Sequence record: SRR31156797_6766
Length of the DNA: 32,972 bases
Strand: one strand, 5' to 3'
Made by a program: the position numbers and the translations under genes. The notes below the pieces were generated by a model. It did no database searches and was not told the DNA's origin. It saw nothing but the letters and a program-made list of their open reading frames with translations. Shown here piece after piece: positions 15,639 to 26,465 of this stretch; positions within the stretch are counted from its first letter, which is position 1, and every line of letters starts with the position of its first letter.

Positions 15639-17758
15639 GTATTAGAGGAGAAATAATAGGCCGTATTGGATTTGTATACTCCACAGTTGTAATTGTGGCT
15701 ATAGTCATAATTGTGGCCATTATTAATATTCAATTTATTCAGGCTGAGAAATGGATACAACATGATAATAATAACTTCCGTGAGCGCACTATTACACCAA
15801 CACGTGGTGATGTAAGAGCGAGAGATGGAAGGTTATTAGCTAGTTCCGTGCCTGAGTATGAAATTAGAATGGATCTTGTTACTGAGGCCTTGGCAACTGA
15901 AATATTCAATGCCAAAATAGATTCTTTGGCTCGGGGATTAGCCAATATATTCAAAGATAAAACAGCTGCAGAGTATAAGCAAAATTTATCCGGAGCTCGT
16001 TATCGTAAAGAACGTTATTATCTCATTCAGCGTAATGTTTCGCATAGCGAATTGAAGCAATTACAGCAGCTACCTATTTTTAGAAGAGGTCAATACAAAG
16101 GAGGCCTGATCGTATTGTCAAAGAACGAACGCAAGAAACCTTTTGGGCAAATGGCTAGCCGTACCATTGGTTATACATATCCTGGTGAGGATGTAAAGGG
16201 TGTTGGTATTGAAGCAGCTTTTGATAGTATTTTAGCGGGTATTCCGGGAAAAAGAATTGAGCAACGCATTGTTGGTAACTATTGGAAACCAATTAGTGAT
16301 GATGCTACTAGCGATCCTGTAAATGGAATGGATGTGGTTACAACCATCGATATCAATATTCAGGATGTAGCACATAATGCATTATTGCGAACACTTAAAA
16401 GTCATAATGCCAGTCATGGAACAGCGGTTTTAATGGAGGTGAAAACGGGTGAAATCTTAGCTATTAGCAACCTGAAGAAAGATGACAATGACAATTATTA
16501 TGAGTCATTCAATTTTGCTGTAGGAGAAAAAACGGAACCGGGTAGTACATTTAAGCTCCCTGTTTTAATGGTTGCATTGGAAGATGGTTACATTGATTTA
16601 GATGATAGTATTAAAACGGGTAAAGGCGTTGTTCAGTATTATGACCAGAAAGTAAGAGATTCTAAGAAAGGTGGTTATGGTACAATCTCAGTACAGGAGG
16701 TATTCGAATTTTCTTCCAATGTGGGAATGTCCATGATAGTGGATAAGTATTATAAAGGCAAGGAAAAGGAATTTGTGGAGAAGCTTTACGGAATGCATTT
16801 GAATGAAAAAACAGGTATAAGTATTCCCGGTGAAGCTAAACCATATATTAAATACCCGGGTGATGACTTATGGAGTGGTATTTCACTACCTCAAATGTCA
16901 TATGGTTACGAGTTGCAAATGACGCCTTTACAAACATTGATGTTTTATAATGCAGTAGCTAATGGAGGGAAATTAGTACGCCCACGATTAATCAGAGCTA
17001 TTCAAAACCACGGTAAAACTATCAAGCGTTTTTATCCGGATATTATTGATCGTCAAATAGCCTCACCGTCCACTATTAAGAAAGCGCACATAATGCTACA
17101 AGGTGTTGTTGAGAATGGAACAGCTCGCAACCTGGCCAATCTTAATTTTAAAATAGCAGGTAAAACAGGTACAGCCCAAATCGCAAATAAAAAGTATGGT
17201 TATAAATATCAGTCACGTGTAAGTTACCAGGCCTCTTTTGTTGGGTATTTCCCGGCTGAAAATCCAAAATATTCTTGCATAGTGGTTGTTAATGAACCAT
17301 CTAATAGTCAGTATTATGGAAATGCTGTGGCAGGTCCGGTTTTTCGGGAAATTGCTGATAAAGTATATGCTACCCGTCACGAAATGCATACTCCACTTGA
17401 TAAAGTCAATGCTGAAATAGATGAACTGATCCCTTATTCATTTTCTGGAAATGGAAAGGATTTAGGTTACATATTAAAAGAGTTTAATATTCCAATTGAA
17501 GATTTGAGTGATGGAACATCATGGGTTGTTACCACGCGCACAAATCAAAGCGTAAAATTTGAGAATAGATTTATCCGAAAAAACATTGTTCCGAATGTGG
17601 TTGGTATGGGATTAAAAGATGCTTTACCCATTCTTGAAAATGCAGGTTTGAAAGTGAAATTCAAAGGCTATGGCATAATTACCGATCAGAGTTTGAGAGC
17701 GAATGATCCATTTAGAACAGGTCAAAATATAGTATTAACACTATCAAATAACTTCTAA
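15635..17758 (+). CDS. ftsI: Penicillin-binding protein (FtsI/PBP3) with C-terminal PASTA domain
   Basis: N-terminal TM, 'EPGSTFK' (SxxK), 'SSN' (SxN), 'GKTGTAQ', PASTA 'VPNVVGMGLKDA'. Confidence 0.95.
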   Translation: MSIRGEIIGRIGFVYSTVVIVAIVIIVAIINIQFIQAEKWIQHDNNNFRERTITPTRGDVRARDGRLLASSVPEYEIRMDLVTEALATEIFNAKIDSLARGLANIFKDKTAAEYKQNLSGARYRKERYYLIQRNVSHSELKQLQQLPIFRRGQYKGGLIVLSKNERKKPFGQMASRTIGYTYPGEDVKGVGIEAAFDSILAGIPGKRIEQRIVGNYWKPISDDATSDPVNGMDVVTTIDINIQDVAHNALLRTLKSHNASHGTAVLMEVKTGEILAISNLKKDDNDNYYESFNFAVGEKTEPGSTFKLPVLMVALEDGYIDLDDSIKTGKGVVQYYDQKVRDSKKGGYGTISVQEVFEFSSNVGMSMIVDKYYKGKEKEFVEKLYGMHLNEKTGISIPGEAKPYIKYPGDDLWSGISLPQMSYGYELQMTPLQTLMFYNAVANGGKLVRPRLIRAIQNHGKTIKRFYPDIIDRQIASPSTIKKAHIMLQGVVENGTARNLANLNFKIAGKTGTAQIANKKYGYKYQSRVSYQASFVGYFPAENPKYSCIVVVNEPSNSQYYGNAVAGPVFREIADKVYATRHEMHTPLDKVNAEIDELIPYSFSGNGKDLGYILKEFNIPIEDLSDGTSWVVTTRTNQSVKFENRFIRKNIVPNVVGMGLKDALPILENAGLKVKFKGYGIITDQSLRANDPFRTGQNIVLTLSNNF

Positions 17759-19209
17759 TGAAACAAATAGCAGATATATTATCAGGTTATAATTACCAGC
17801 TTATTCAAGGTGATGAGCAGCGACATATTATTGCCATACGATTCGATTCAAGAGAAGTTAAAAAAGGGGATTTATTTATAGCCATACCCGGAGAACAAGT
17901 TGATGGACATGATTATATTCCAAAAGCTATTGAGCTGGGAGCAAAAATAATAGTGTGTGAGCAGATAATAGAAGGAATTGATGAAAATATAACCGTTATC
18001 AGAGTTGATGATGCCAGAGATGCTTTGGCATTTATGGCTGATCGTTGGTATGGTCACCCTTCAGGCACAATGAAAGTAATTGGTGTAACAGGGACTAATG
18101 GTAAAACTACAATTGCTACAATGTTATACAATATCTTCCGCGACCTTGGATACCCCAGTGGATTGTTTTCTACCGTCAAGATATTAATCGATTGTGAAGA
18201 AATTGAAGCGACTCATACAACGCCTGATCCAATGAAGATCCAATCAATTATGGCTCAAATGAGGGATGAGGGTTGCGAATTTTGTTTCATGGAAGTAAGT
18301 TCACACGCTGTGGATCAAAAACGAGTGAACTACATTGATTTTGATGCTGGAATTTTCTCCAATATCACACAAGATCATTTAGATTACCATAAGACTTTTA
18401 AAAGCTACATTGAAGCTAAACAAGCATTCTTTACAGGCTTATCAAAAGATGCGTTTGCTATTTATAACAGTGATGATAAAAATGGGCAAATAATGGTGCA
18501 AAACTCAAAGGCACAGAAGATTAGTTATGCTATGAAGCGTCCTGCTGATTTTAAAGCAAAGCTGGTTAAAATGGAAATGGATGGTATGGAGTTAGAGGTA
18601 AATGGTTTGGAAATGTGGACTATGCTTACCGGTTTGTTCAATGTATATAACCTAATGGCTGTGTATGCTACTGCTGTTCAATTCCATGATGATGAGTATG
18701 AATTACTGGCAATATTAAGTCGCCAGAAATCTGTACGAGGTCGTTTTGAACATATTGTTTCTAAATCAAAAGTGCATGCGATTATTGATTATGCCCATAC
18801 ACCTGACGCTGTTGGAAATGTATTGTCAGCAATAAGTGAGATACGAAAAGGGAATGAGCAATTGATTGTAGTGATTGGGGCTGGAGGAAATCGTGATAAG
18901 ACAAAACGCCCTTTAATGGCTGAAGAAGCCTGTAAATATGCCGATATCATTGTATTTACTTCAGATAACCCTCGTGATGAAAATCCTGCAGATATTATTC
19001 AGGACATGAAAGCTGGTATTACTGATGAATTTAAAGGTAAAGAATTTACAATTGAATCTAGAGAAGAAGCAATAAAGGTAGCATGCAGTTTGGCCGCTCC
19101 CAATGATATCATTTTAGTGGCAGGAAAAGGACATGAAACTTATCAGGAAGTAAATGGTGTAAGAAACCATTTTGATGACAAAGAAATAATACAGAAATAT
19201 ATAAAATAA
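17758..19209 (+). CDS. murE: UDP-MurNAc-dipeptide--meso-DAP ligase
   Basis: '[10 protein letters not shown]', 'MEVSSH', 'DYAHTPD', DAP-specific 'DNPR', 'AGKGHETYQ'. Confidence 0.97.
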   Translation: MKQIADILSGYNYQLIQGDEQRHIIAIRFDSREVKKGDLFIAIPGEQVDGHDYIPKAIELGAKIIVCEQIIEGIDENITVIRVDDARDALAFMADRWYGHPSGTMKVIGVTGTNGKTTIATMLYNIFRDLGYPSGLFSTVKILIDCEEIEATHTTPDPMKIQSIMAQMRDEGCEFCFMEVSSHAVDQKRVNYIDFDAGIFSNITQDHLDYHKTFKSYIEAKQAFFTGLSKDAFAIYNSDDKNGQIMVQNSKAQKISYAMKRPADFKAKLVKMEMDGMELEVNGLEMWTMLTGLFNVYNLMAVYATAVQFHDDEYELLAILSRQKSVRGRFEHIVSKSKVHAIIDYAHTPDAVGNVLSAISEIRKGNEQLIVVIGAGGNRDKTKRPLMAEEACKYADIIVFTSDNPRDENPADIIQDMKAGITDEFKGKEFTIESREEAIKVACSLAAPNDIILVAGKGHETYQEVNGVRNHFDDKEIIQKYIK

Positions 19210-19214
19210 ATAAT

Positions 19215-20459
19215 ATGCTCTATTACCTATTTGATTATTTGCAAGATATTGATTTTCCGGGCGCCGGGGTGTTTCAATACATCACGTTTCGTTCCGCGAT
19301 GGCTATTATTACTTCCCTGATCATTTCTATGTTATATGGAAAAAGACTGATTCGATTTTTGCAGATTAAACAGATAGGTGAAACAGTACGCGATTTGGGT
19401 TTAGAAGGCCAAATGCAGAAGAAAGGAACTCCCACGATGGGAGGTTTAATTATAATAGGAGCAATACTAATTCCGACGCTTCTATTTGCCAAACTGGATA
19501 ATATTTATGTGATTTTGATGCTTATTACCACTGTTTGGCTGGGAACAATTGGTTTCATCGATGATTATATCAAAGTTTTTAAGAAAGATAAAAAAGGTCT
19601 GGCCGGTAAGTTCAAATTATTAGGGCAGATTACTCTTGGATTAATAGTGGGTTTGGTGATGTGGCTCCATCCTGATGTGCTGGTTCGCGAAGAAACAGCC
19701 AAAACGGATTTGAATATTGAGGTCGTGGATGGTGTAGCTGTTGATAATGTTGAGCATAAGGCACTTGATAAAAAAGCAACCAAGACGAATATCCCATTTT
19801 TTAAAGGAAATGATGGTGATTATGCGACACTATTTAAAATGTTCTTTAATGAAAAGACTGCGCAATCAATTGGTTGGATATTCTTTATCCTGGTCACTAT
19901 TTTCATTATTGCAGCCGTTTCCAATGGCGCAAATATGACCGATGGTTTAGATGGATTGGCTACCGGAACTTCCGCTATTATTGGGGTTACCCTCGGGGTG
20001 TTGGCATATTTGTCCGGTAACCTTATTTATTCCGATTATCTGAATATTTATTATATCCCGTTTTCGGGTGAGCTCGTGGTTTTCATGAGTTCATTTATTG
20101 GTGCTACAATTGGGTTTATGTGGTATAATTCATATCCTGCCCAAGTATTCATGGGCGATACAGGAAGCTTAACTATAGGTGGCATTATAGCGGTGTTTGC
20201 CATTGTCATTCGTAAAGAGTTGCTTATCCCTATTCTGTGTGGCGTATTTCTAATTGAAAATATTTCTGTAATACTTCAGGTTTCTTACTTCAAATATACC
20301 AAACGTAAGTTTGGGGAAGGTCGTCGTATTTTTAAAATGGCACCACTTCATCACCATTATCAGAAGTCGGGACTACCTGAGGCTAAGATTGTTACGAGAT
20401 TTTGGATTATAGGACTTTTATTAGCAGTGATCACCATCTTAACATTGAAAATTAGATAG
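19215..20459 (+). CDS. mraY: Phospho-N-acetylmuramoyl-pentapeptide transferase
   Basis: 'KKGTPTMGG', 'DDYIK', 'NMTDGLDGL', 'FMGDTGS', 'MAPLHHHY'. Confidence 0.97.
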   Translation: MLYYLFDYLQDIDFPGAGVFQYITFRSAMAIITSLIISMLYGKRLIRFLQIKQIGETVRDLGLEGQMQKKGTPTMGGLIIIGAILIPTLLFAKLDNIYVILMLITTVWLGTIGFIDDYIKVFKKDKKGLAGKFKLLGQITLGLIVGLVMWLHPDVLVREETAKTDLNIEVVDGVAVDNVEHKALDKKATKTNIPFFKGNDGDYATLFKMFFNEKTAQSIGWIFFILVTIFIIAAVSNGANMTDGLDGLATGTSAIIGVTLGVLAYLSGNLIYSDYLNIYYIPFSGELVVFMSSFIGATIGFMWYNSYPAQVFMGDTGSLTIGGIIAVFAIVIRKELLIPILCGVFLIENISVILQVSYFKYTKRKFGEGRRIFKMAPLHHHYQKSGLPEAKIVTRFWIIGLLLAVITILTLKIR

Positions 20460-20462
20460 AGA

Positions 20463-21809
20463 ATGCCAGAAACCGGAAAACATATTGCCATTTTAGGTGC
20501 CGGCGAAAGCGGTGTTGGTTCAGCTATTTTAGCTCAGACCAAAGGTTTTGATGTGTGGGTTTCTGATAAAGGTGAGATAAAGGAAAAATATAAGAAAGAG
20601 CTCAATAAGCATAAAATTCAATGGGAGGAAAAACAGCATACTGAATCAAAAATTTTAGCTGCTGATTTGATAGTAAAAAGTCCAGGTATTCCAGAGCATG
20701 TGCCTATGGTGGTAAAAGCAAAAGAGAAAGGTATTGATGTAATATCTGAAATCGAGTTTGCGGGAAGATATACCAATGCATTTATTATAGGCATAACAGG
20801 CAGTAATGGCAAAACCACAACTACCATGTGGACCTATCACATGCTTCGCAATGCAGGATTGAATGTTGGGTTAGCAGGGAATGTTGGTTTTAGCTTTGCA
20901 CGACAGGTAGCATTTGAGAGTTTTGATTATTATGTAATTGAACTCAGTAGTTTTCAGTTGGATGGCATGTATAATTTCCGTTGCAATATAGCCATGTTGT
21001 TAAATATTACCCCTGATCACCTGGATCGATATGATAATAAGTTTGAAAAATATATAGCTGCAAAATACCGGATCACACAAAATCAAACAAAAGATGACGT
21101 ATTTATTACAAGTGCTGATTGTCCGGTTATAAAGAAAAATGAATTAATAAATCAAGGAAATGCCCGAAAGCTTCAATTCTCAACAGAGATAGAGCTAAGT
21201 GAAGGGGCATGGATACAAAATGAAACACTAATGATTAATACAGGAAATAATCCGTTTGACATGATATACACAAAATTAGCGCTTGAAGGTAAGCATAATG
21301 CAGCCAATGGAATGGCTGCCGGAATTGCTGCGGATGTATTAAGAATATCGAAAGAAAACATCCGTGAAAGTCTCACCACTTTTAGTGGTGTTGAGCACAG
21401 ACTTGAGCCTTTTATTTCTGTTCGTGGCGTTGAGTTTATCAACGATTCCAAAGCAACTAATATTAACTCAACATGGTATGCCCTTGAAAGCATGCGAAAG
21501 GAAGTAGTTTGGATTGTAGGAGGAGTTGATAAAGGTAATGATTATAGTGAATTGGATAAATTGGTTGCTCAAAAAGTGAAGGCCATAGTATGCCTTGGAA
21601 CTGAAAATTCCAAGATTGTAGACCATTTCAAAGATAAAGTATCTCATATTATCGAAACATATAGCATGGAAGATGCCGTTAAGCAGGCATTTTTGCTGGG
21701 TCGTAAAGGAGATTGTGTATTGCTTTCGCCAGCTTGTGCAAGTTTCGATTTATTCGATAATTATGAAGATAGAGGTAATCAATTTAAAATGTGCGTTAGA
21801 GAACTATAG
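20463..21809 (+). CDS. murD: UDP-MurNAc-L-Ala--D-glutamate ligase
   Basis: 'GITGSNGKTTT', 'ELSSFQL', 'PDHLDRY', 'NDSKATN', 'LSPACASFD'. Confidence 0.97.
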   Translation: MPETGKHIAILGAGESGVGSAILAQTKGFDVWVSDKGEIKEKYKKELNKHKIQWEEKQHTESKILAADLIVKSPGIPEHVPMVVKAKEKGIDVISEIEFAGRYTNAFIIGITGSNGKTTTTMWTYHMLRNAGLNVGLAGNVGFSFARQVAFESFDYYVIELSSFQLDGMYNFRCNIAMLLNITPDHLDRYDNKFEKYIAAKYRITQNQTKDDVFITSADCPVIKKNELINQGNARKLQFSTEIELSEGAWIQNETLMINTGNNPFDMIYTKLALEGKHNAANGMAAGIAADVLRISKENIRESLTTFSGVEHRLEPFISVRGVEFINDSKATNINSTWYALESMRKEVVWIVGGVDKGNDYSELDKLVAQKVKAIVCLGTENSKIVDHFKDKVSHIIETYSMEDAVKQAFLLGRKGDCVLLSPACASFDLFDNYEDRGNQFKMCVREL

Positions 21810-21866
21810 ATGATTGATAAAACACTCTGGAAAGAAATATTATAAATGATAATAGAAGTTTTAGAA

Positions 21867-21947
21867 AAGAAGACAGAAGTCAGAAATCAGAAGACAGAAG
21901 ATCAAATATCAAAATTCTGTTTTCTGAATTCTGTCCTCTGATTTCTT
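21867..21947. repeat. Inverted arrays of 7-nt repeats (CAGAnnn x4 / TCTGnnn x4) with no enclosed gene
   Basis: CAGA at 21874, 21881, 21888, 21895; TCTG at 21916, 21923, 21930, 21937. Confidence 0.85.
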
Positions 21948-22024
21948 AAAGTTGAAAAATTTAGGAAAACACTAAAAAGTTAAGATATAGCTTAAAGGAT
22001 AAACCTTTAGTGAGATTTAAAGAA

Positions 22025-23227
22025 ATGAAGAGAAAAGGTATATTTGACATATTACAAGGAGACCGTGGAATTTGGATTATTGTATTTATTCTCGGTATAT
22101 TCTCTTTATTAGCTGTTTATAGCTCTACAGGAACATTAGCTTATAAGCGGTTTGGAGGAAATACCCAGTATTTTTTGATGCGTCATTTTGTGTTTATGTT
22201 GATGAGTTTAGGTGTAATGTACCTTGTGCACATGATCAGATATACCAGACTGTTGAGATTATCAAAACTGTTTTTCTATATTGCTATACCACTTTTGATT
22301 TATACTATGGTTGGAGGTTTGCGCTTAAATGAGGCAAGTCGTTGGATAACAGTACCTCTAATTAATCTATCATTTCAAACTTCAGACTTTGCAAAATTAG
22401 CATTAATGATGTATTTGGCCGCGATTATCGCTTCCAGACAGCAGGTTATTGATGATTTGAAAAAAGGATTTGGTCGTTTGATAGTCCCAGTAGCCGTGGT
22501 TTGCGCCTTGATTTTTCCTGCCGATTTTTCAACTGCTGGATTACTATTTTTAAGTGCTATAGTACTAATGTATATTGGCAGAGTAAAAATAAAATACTTA
22601 TTAGGTTTGATGGGTGTAGGGGTTATTGCGATTGCATTTTTCGTAATGATCGCTATGTTGTCAAATACTGAAAGTAGGGTAGGTACCTGGCAAAGCAGGA
22701 TTGAGAATTTTGTAAATGGTGATGAAGGTGAGAATTTTCAATCAGACCAGGCCAAAATTGCCATTGCCAGTGGTGGTGTTTTTGGAAAAGGATTAGGACA
22801 TAGTGTTCAAAGAAATATATTACCGCACCCATATTCTGATTTCATATTTGCAATTATTATTGAAGAGATGGGTATAGTGGGAGCATTGGTCATTATTTTC
22901 TTGTTTTTAATACTGTTTTATAGAACAGCAGCAATTGTTAAAAAGTGCAATAGAGTTGGGCCAGCCCTGCTTGTGGCAGGGATGATGATTTTAATGGTAA
23001 TACAAGCATTTGTGCATATGGGGGTAAGTGTGGGTTTATTGCCGGTAACAGGTCAAACTTTGCCTTTCGTGAGTATGGGAGGTACTTCAATGTTGATATC
23101 AAGTATACAAATGGGTGTGATTTTAAGTGTGAGCAGAAGTTTGAAAAAAGAAAAGAAAAATACACCTGAACCAATAATAGAAGAAGAAAGCGAGGAAGCT
23201 TATGAAGAAGATCAAAGTGATGATTAG
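22025..23227 (+). CDS. ftsW: Peptidoglycan glycosyltransferase FtsW (SEDS family)
   Basis: Multi-TM, 'SFQTSDFAK', 'LPHPYSDFIFAII', 'LPVTGQTLPFVSMGGTS'; in-frame ATG at 22025 preferred to GTG 22010. Confidence 0.95.
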   Translation: MKRKGIFDILQGDRGIWIIVFILGIFSLLAVYSSTGTLAYKRFGGNTQYFLMRHFVFMLMSLGVMYLVHMIRYTRLLRLSKLFFYIAIPLLIYTMVGGLRLNEASRWITVPLINLSFQTSDFAKLALMMYLAAIIASRQQVIDDLKKGFGRLIVPVAVVCALIFPADFSTAGLLFLSAIVLMYIGRVKIKYLLGLMGVGVIAIAFFVMIAMLSNTESRVGTWQSRIENFVNGDEGENFQSDQAKIAIASGGVFGKGLGHSVQRNILPHPYSDFIFAIIIEEMGIVGALVIIFLFLILFYRTAAIVKKCNRVGPALLVAGMMILMVIQAFVHMGVSVGLLPVTGQTLPFVSMGGTSMLISSIQMGVILSVSRSLKKEKKNTPEPIIEEESEEAYEEDQSDD

Positions 23228-24311
23228 TGCCGGTGGAACCGGTGGACATATTTTTCCTGCTCTGGCGGTTGCCAATAAATTGAAAGAAATGTATGAAAAC
23301 ATCGAAATCAAGTTTGTTGGAGCTGAAGGAAAAATGGAAATGCAAAAAGTACCTGCTGCAGGCTATCCCATTACCGGATTACCTGTAATGGGTTTTCCGC
23401 GTAAACCATCTTTTAAAATGCTGGTTTTCTTCAGTAAACTTTTGAAAGCAATGCGCAGAGCTAAAAGAATTGTGCGTGACTTTGAACCTGATGTAGCTGC
23501 AGGATTTGGAGGTTTTGCCAGTGGCCCGGTTTTAAGAGTAGCAGGAAAACGTAAGATTCCTTATATATTACAAGAACAGAATAGTTATGCCGGTATTACG
23601 AATAAACTATTGGCCAAAAAAGCCAGTAAAATATGTGTAGCCTACGAGAACATGGATCGGTTTTTTCCGTCTGAGAAAATAGTCTTAACCGGTAATCCTA
23701 TTAGAGCATCACTATTGAATGTTAATTTTGAACAGAATGATGCTTGCTCTCCATTTGGATTTGATAGTTCCAAGAAGGTCGTTTTTGTAACCGGAGGTAG
23801 TTTGGGAGCCCGATCTGTAAATGAAGCAGTGTACCATAACCTAAAATACTTTGAGGCGAATAATATTCAGCTTTTATGGCAATGTGGAAGTCTTTATTTT
23901 AAAGAGTTTACAAATCGATTAGGGTTTCAGATGAATGAATATCTGCATCTAACGAAATTTGTTGAGGATATGAATGATGCCTACCAATGTGCTGATATAG
24001 TTATTGCGCGAGCTGGAGCTGGAACAATATCTGAATTAAGTGCTGTGGGTATTCCTACTATTTTAATACCGAGTCCAAATGTTGCTGAAGATCATCAAAC
24101 GCATAACGCAAGAGCACTTTCAGATAAAGGTGCTGCAGTTTTATTACCGGATAAAGATGCTATAGAAGATTTGCCAATAGCTCTCGACCGTGTAATTAAA
24201 GATGATAAATTACAAAAAGAAATGGTAGAAACAATGAAAAGTTTTGCTAAAACAAATGCTGATGAGATTATTGCAAAAGAAATTTTAAAACTAGCTGGTG
24301 TAAATGCATAA
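23202..24311 (+). CDS. murG: Lipid II GlcNAc transferase MurG
   Basis: 'GGTGGHIFPA', 'QEQNS', 'TGNPIR', 'GGSLGA', 'RAGAGT', 'HQTHNA'. Confidence 0.97.
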   Translation: MKKIKVMISAGGTGGHIFPALAVANKLKEMYENIEIKFVGAEGKMEMQKVPAAGYPITGLPVMGFPRKPSFKMLVFFSKLLKAMRRAKRIVRDFEPDVAAGFGGFASGPVLRVAGKRKIPYILQEQNSYAGITNKLLAKKASKICVAYENMDRFFPSEKIVLTGNPIRASLLNVNFEQNDACSPFGFDSSKKVVFVTGGSLGARSVNEAVYHNLKYFEANNIQLLWQCGSLYFKEFTNRLGFQMNEYLHLTKFVEDMNDAYQCADIVIARAGAGTISELSAVGIPTILIPSPNVAEDHQTHNARALSDKGAAVLLPDKDAIEDLPIALDRVIKDDKLQKEMVETMKSFAKTNADEIIAKEILKLAGVNA

Positions 24312-25662
24312 CGAAAAGCGAAATATCTATTTTATCGGTATAGGAGGCATAGGAATGAGCTCTCTGGCCCGCTATTTTCATTTAATGAAATATAAAGTAG
24401 CTGGTTATGATTTAACTAAATCTGAGCTAACTCAAAAACTAGATGATGAAGGTATTGAAGTTGTTTATACTGATGACATTTCGTTAGTTCCTAATCAGTT
24501 TAAGCAAAAAGAAAACACCCTTATTGTATATACTCCTGCTGTGCCTAAGAGCCATAAGATGCTAAATTGGTTTAAGGATAATGGATTTGAAATTGTTAAA
24601 AGAGCCCAATTATTGGGTAAAGTTACACATGAGCATAGCGCCATAGGTGTGGCAGGTACGCATGGTAAAACCAGCATTTCTACTTATTTAGCTCACATTC
24701 TTTATCAAAGTAGCTTAAAATGTAATGCCTTTTTAGGCGGTATCTCCGGAAATTATAATACAAATTTACTATTTCATGAAAGTGCCAAATACACCGTGGT
24801 GGAAGCAGATGAATATGATCGGTCTTTTTTACAGCTTACTCCAGGTATAGCATTAATTAGTAGTATCGAAGCTGATCATTTAGATATTTACGGCGATTTC
24901 AATGCTGTTAGGGAGGCTTTTCAATCATTTGCAGATCAAACTTTTGCTCAAAAAGGGAAAGTAATTGTGAAGAATAGTGCTGTCCAGTTTTTGGAAAAGA
25001 ATGAATCTATTTTAACCTATAGTGTAACAGAGAAAGCGGATTATTATCCTGAAAATGTGCGTTATTATCAGGGAAAATATACATTTGATCTTATCGCAAA
25101 AGGACGTTCAATTGAAGGAATTGAGCTGAATATGGCCGGTACTTATAATCTGGAGAATGTGGTTGCTGCTTCAGCATTGGCCTTAGAAGCTGGCATTAGT
25201 AATGAAGAACTTATAGGTGGTGTTGCTTCGTTGAAAGGCGTTGAACGTCGTTTTCAGTTAAGAAGAAATGATGAAATTGTTTACATTGACGATTATGCCC
25301 ATCATCCAACAGAACTGGTAGCTTGTATTTCATCTGCAAAAGCTGCTTTCCCCAATAAAAAAGTGACAGCTGTTTTTCAACCACATTTGTATAGTCGCAC
25401 AAGTGATTTTTATCAAGGATTTGGAGCAGCGTTAAGCCAGGCTGATAATGTGATTTTGCTTCCTATATATCCGGCAAGAGAACTTCCAATGGAAGGAGTA
25501 AATTCAGAGTTAATAGCCAAAGAAATAGAATGCGAGAAAGTTAAGATTGTGGCGCTAAGGGATTTAGTGTCCCACTTAAAACAAATAGATATTGAATTAT
25601 TGATAACCATGGGTGCTGGCGATATTGGTACTTTGGCAGCCCAAATTGAAAAAGAGATTTAA
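24304..25662 (+). CDS. murC: UDP-N-acetylmuramate--L-alanine ligase
   Basis: 'FIGIGGIGMS', 'AGTHGKTS', 'EADEYD', 'DDYAHHPTE', 'FQPHLYSRT'. Confidence 0.97.
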   Translation: MHNEKRNIYFIGIGGIGMSSLARYFHLMKYKVAGYDLTKSELTQKLDDEGIEVVYTDDISLVPNQFKQKENTLIVYTPAVPKSHKMLNWFKDNGFEIVKRAQLLGKVTHEHSAIGVAGTHGKTSISTYLAHILYQSSLKCNAFLGGISGNYNTNLLFHESAKYTVVEADEYDRSFLQLTPGIALISSIEADHLDIYGDFNAVREAFQSFADQTFAQKGKVIVKNSAVQFLEKNESILTYSVTEKADYYPENVRYYQGKYTFDLIAKGRSIEGIELNMAGTYNLENVVAASALALEAGISNEELIGGVASLKGVERRFQLRRNDEIVYIDDYAHHPTELVACISSAKAAFPNKKVTAVFQPHLYSRTSDFYQGFGAALSQADNVILLPIYPARELPMEGVNSELIAKEIECEKVKIVALRDLVSHLKQIDIELLITMGAGDIGTLAAQIEKEI

Positions 25663-25667
25663 TAGGT

Positions 25668-26459
25668 TTGAAATTTATTAAAAAACATATCACTTTATTG
25701 GGTATCATTCTTTATATGGTAGTCACATTGAGTTTTGTCGAAAGCGAAATAAATAGTGTTTTGTGCGAGAATGTCGAAATTGATATTGAAGACAGTGCAT
25801 ATTTTAAGTTTATTAAATCTGAGGATGTTGTTAATCTACTGAAAACTATGGAAATAAAGATGTGGGGTTATCCTATTTATGATATTCCTGTAGGGAAAGT
25901 AGAAGAGATAGTGATGAATAATATGCCAATGGTTGCTGAGGCGCAAGCCTGGCCTACTGTGGAAGGTAATTTCCATGTGGATATTAGACATCGCAATCCT
26001 ATTGCTCGTATTGTGAACAAAACGGGCCAGTCTTATTACTTGAGTGAGCATGGTTTTATTTTACCGTTATCACCCAACTATACAAGTAGGGTGCTTGTTG
26101 TATCAGGAGATATCTATTTTAAGCAATCATCGAACACAAAAATAACAGTAGATTCAATTGTACATATGCAAGGTGAGGAAAATACAATGTTAGACGATAT
26201 CTACAAAATGGCCTCCTATATTTACAATGATAGTTTGTTGAGCAGGCAAATAGATCATATGTATGTAATCAACGATGAATTTGAATTAATTCCAAAGGTT
26301 GGAACACATGTAATTGAGTTCGGACCTGTTGATGGAATGTTGAATAAATTTTTAAAACTCAAAGTTATATATTATAAAGGTTTTAGTAACTTGGGCTGGA
26401 ATAAATACAGCCGGGTCAATCTAAAATATAAAAATCAGGTTGTTTGTACAAAAAGATAG
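25668..26459 (+). CDS. ftsQ: Cell division protein FtsQ (TTG start)
   Basis: N-terminal TM, POTRA-like region, C-terminal 'GWNKYSRVNLKYKNQVVCTK'; position between murC and ftsA. Confidence 0.85.
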   Translation: MKFIKKHITLLGIILYMVVTLSFVESEINSVLCENVEIDIEDSAYFKFIKSEDVVNLLKTMEIKMWGYPIYDIPVGKVEEIVMNNMPMVAEAQAWPTVEGNFHVDIRHRNPIARIVNKTGQSYYLSEHGFILPLSPNYTSRVLVVSGDIYFKQSSNTKITVDSIVHMQGEENTMLDDIYKMASYIYNDSLLSRQIDHMYVINDEFELIPKVGTHVIEFGPVDGMLNKFLKLKVIYYKGFSNLGWNKYSRVNLKYKNQVVCTKR

Positions 26460-26465
26460 TTATTA

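Noticed and set aside
21867-21947. CRISPR array or simple terminator
   Set aside because: Units are 7 nt with no spacers and no cas genes; the stem is long, AT-rich and bulged with no U-tract, and lies mid-operon
17758-26459. Absence of murF, murB and ddl from the dcw cluster
   Set aside because: Normal for Bacteroidota, where these genes lie elsewhere
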